Part shown: positions 62,392 through 64,000 of the stretch, one piece after another
Layout: every line of letters begins with the position of its first letter
Position numbering within the stretch: position 1 is the first letter of the stretch
IMG/VR virus record: IMGVR_UViG_648028025_000005
From: a virus
Taxonomy: Duplodnaviria > Heunggongvirae > Uroviricota > Caudoviricetes
Length of the DNA: 64,000 bases
Direction: 5' to 3' (one strand)
Program-made: the position numbers and the translations under genes
Notes under the pieces: generated by a model
Seen by the model: only the letters and a program-made list of their open reading frames with translations
Told to the model about the DNA's origin: nothing
The model's database searches: none

Positions 62392-62467
62392 GGCCCTTTA
62401 GCTCAGTGGTGAGAGCGAGCGACTCATAATCGCCAGGTCGCTGGTTCAAATCCAGCAAGGGCCACCA
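62392..62467 (+). tRNA. tRNA with CAU anticodon (Ile2/Met type)
   Basis: identical in sequence to 14380-14455. Confidence 0.85.
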
Positions 62468-62476
62468 TATCACATA

Positions 62477-62553
62477 CCGCCATTAGCTCATCGGGACAGA
62501 GCGCCAGCCTTCGAAGCTGGCTGCGCGGGGTTCAAGTCCCCGATGGCGGTCCA
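62477..62553 (+). tRNA. tRNA-Arg(UCG), canonical copy
   Basis: acceptor CCGCCAT/ATGGCGG fully paired; anticodon loop CT-TCG-AA; T arm CGGGG-TTCAAGT-CCCCG. Confidence 0.8.
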
Positions 62554-62566
62554 TTATCAGCATCAT

Positions 62567-62643
62567 GCGTTGTTAGCTCAGTCGGACAGAGCAATTGCCT
62601 TCTAAGCAATCGGTCAGTGGTTCGACTCCACTACAACGCGCCA
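62567..62643 (+). tRNA. tRNA-Arg(UCU)
   Basis: anticodon loop CT-TCT-AA; T arm AGTGG-TTCGACT-CCACT. Confidence 0.85.
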
Positions 62644-62649
62644 CACTTA

Positions 62650-62680
62650 TTTTCCAGGCTCGCTTCGGCGGGCCTTTTTT
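62650..62680 (+). terminator. rho-independent terminator after tRNA cluster
   Basis: GGCTCGC-TTCG-GCGGGCC followed by TTTTTT; approximate coordinates. Confidence 0.5.
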
Positions 62681-62812
62681 GTATCTGCGCCACGCCCGGC
62701 GCATATCAACCACAGAGCCTTTCGGGGGTGAGCTTACGGAGTGGTCAGTGTGACTTTCTCTGTGGGCAGATCGCTCCCGGGCGTTGGCTCACCCACCCAA
62801 AGGAACGTCACG

Positions 62813-63244
62813 ATGTTTGGAATCTTCAAAAAGAAAACCCGCAGAGCGGCAGCGGAAATTAAAAAGTTTGAGAAACGCGATCTGGCACAGGCGGTGATTA
62901 ACGCTGCATACCTGGTGGCCTATGCAGATGGTGAATGCGAGGCATCCGAGAAAGCGAAGATCGAACAGGTCTTACGTAATCAGCCTGCGTTGTCTGCGTT
63001 TACCTCGGAAATTAATGCGATTAGCGCAACTATTATCGGTCAGCTGGATACCAATTTTAAAATTGGTCGTCGTGCCGCGTTACGCGAGATTGAGGATGTG
63101 AAACACGATACGCGTGAAGCGGAAGATGTGCTGGATGTGGCGGTGGCCATTGCGGAGGCAGACGGCGAAATTGAGCCGGAAGAGCGCAAGGTGCTGGAAG
63201 AGATTGCCGGTGTTCTGGGTCTTCGTCTGGAGAATCACCTGTGA
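62813..63244 (+). CDS. TerB-family protein (tellurite-resistance TerB-like fold)
   Basis: 143 aa from ATG 62813; two TerB-like repeats with acidic loops (AAYLVAYADGECEASEKAKI and VAVAIAEADGEIEPEERKVL). Confidence 0.6.
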   Translation: MFGIFKKKTRRAAAEIKKFEKRDLAQAVINAAYLVAYADGECEASEKAKIEQVLRNQPALSAFTSEINAISATIIGQLDTNFKIGRRAALREIEDVKHDTREAEDVLDVAVAIAEADGEIEPEERKVLEEIAGVLGLRLENHL

Positions 63245-63408
63245 CGGTAAAACTGCGCCTGGCTGTGGCTGCACTCCTGCTGTTTCTGGTGGTGATGGTG
63301 GATTTCACCAGCAGAATCATGTCGGTGCTGGCGGATGGGGTGCTGGTCTGCGGCATTGTGGTATTGCTGTGGCCGGTGATAAAAAGAAACAGCCTGCATA
63401 ATGCTTGA
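63241..63408 (+). CDS. small membrane protein (55 aa), coupled to TerB-like gene
   Basis: GTG 63241 overlapping TerB-like stop (GTGA); two hydrophobic helices; below track cutoff. Confidence 0.3.
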   Translation: MTVKLRLAVAALLLFLVVMVDFTSRIMSVLADGVLVCGIVVLLWPVIKRNSLHNA

Positions 63409-63441
63409 TTTTTTTGTTTGCTGTTTATTAAAAACACTTCT

Positions 63442-63549
63442 GCATGGTGAATCCCCCTGTGCGGAGGGGCGATCAGCAACCAGGTATATGGGATAATCGC
63501 GGATTCAGGTGCTGATACTGAATTCACCGGGAGGCACCCGGCACCATGC
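63442..63549. promoter_or_regulatory. conserved ~105-bp non-coding element upstream of nanS-p (copy B)
   Basis: ~90% identical to 14735-14842. Confidence 0.35.
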
Positions 63550-63721
63550 TTTGCCACAAAAGTGTTGTTTCTGTTTTTCTCAAACTATCATCGTTATCCC
63601 TTTATTTCCGGCTGCGCATGGCGTGGCCTTTTTTTACGACCAGCCACTGGCAGATGGCCATCCTGTAATTTGATTCCGGTTCCGGCTTTTTAACTCTGTT
63701 CCTGTACACGGGAGAAATTCG

Positions 63722-64000
63722 ATGTCGATTAAACATTATGATGTTGTCAGGGCGGCGTCGCCGTCAGACCTTGCGGAAAAGCTGACACAAAAACTGAAGG
63801 AGGGGTGGCAGCCATTTGGCAGCCCGGTGGCCATCACGCCTTATACTCTGATGCAGGCCATTGCGGCGGAAGGTGATGTCACCACACCTGTGTTGGTGAA
63901 GCCGTCGGATGGAGAAGGCACAGTAATCAGCGCCACCAGAGACCCGGAGTATTACTTTGTTGTGGTTCTGGCGGGGCAGTCAAACAGCATGGCATATGGT
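63722..64000 (+). CDS. nanS: prophage sialate O-acetylesterase NanS-p, 5' part only (runs off window)
   Basis: MSIKHYDVVRAASPSDLAEKLTQKLKEGWQPFG and VVLAGQSNSMAYG match paralog at 15119; no stop before window end. Confidence 0.8.
   Translation, partial: MSIKHYDVVRAASPSDLAEKLTQKLKEGWQPFGSPVAITPYTLMQAIAAEGDVTTPVLVKPSDGEGTVISATRDPEYYFVVVLAGQSNSMAYG

Overview
This 64-kb window reads as Escherichia coli chromosome carrying two lambdoid prophages in tandem and in the same orientation, separated by a ~60-nt tRNA-Ser(UGA) 3' fragment (att core) at 44000-44059. All calls are by eye from sequence and the ORF track; no database search was run. Prophage A (1 to ~44000; its int end lies left of the window) has a Rac/Qin-like early region: a paaR-paaA-parE repressor-antitoxin-toxin operon, Cro/YdaS- and YdaT-like genes, replication genes including a DnaC-like loader, an AT-rich esterase moron split by IS629, hok, and DUF968-rusA-Q. 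Downstream are a CPBP/Abi protease moron, an AraC regulator, three tRNAs, nanS-p, pinholin/SAR-endolysin/Rz/Rz1, a PerC-like pch regulator, then a lambda-type cos site and a complete Nu1-to-J morphogenesis module, lom, a collagen-repeat side tail fibre and a tccP/espFU-type effector. Prophage B (~44000 to beyond 64000) starts with a frameshifted integrase, xis and a large exonuclease, and has higBA beside a different RacR-type repressor, a long nin region with parDE, a second DUF968-rusA pair, a different Q-like gene, the same AraC-tRNA block, a TerB-like gene where Stx phages carry stx, and a truncated nanS-p at the window edge. No CRISPR array, rRNA or stx genes were found. The cargo (IS629, tccP, pch, paaR-paaA-parE, nanS-p) suggests an EHEC/EPEC-like host; that is inference. 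The most interesting candidates for undescribed biology are: toxin-antitoxin cassettes swapped at two fixed slots, a conserved non-coding leader downstream of O_L in both hetero-immune prophages (no N gene seen), a TerB-like plus small membrane-protein pair in the stx slot, the CPBP protease moron, and the IS629-split esterase.
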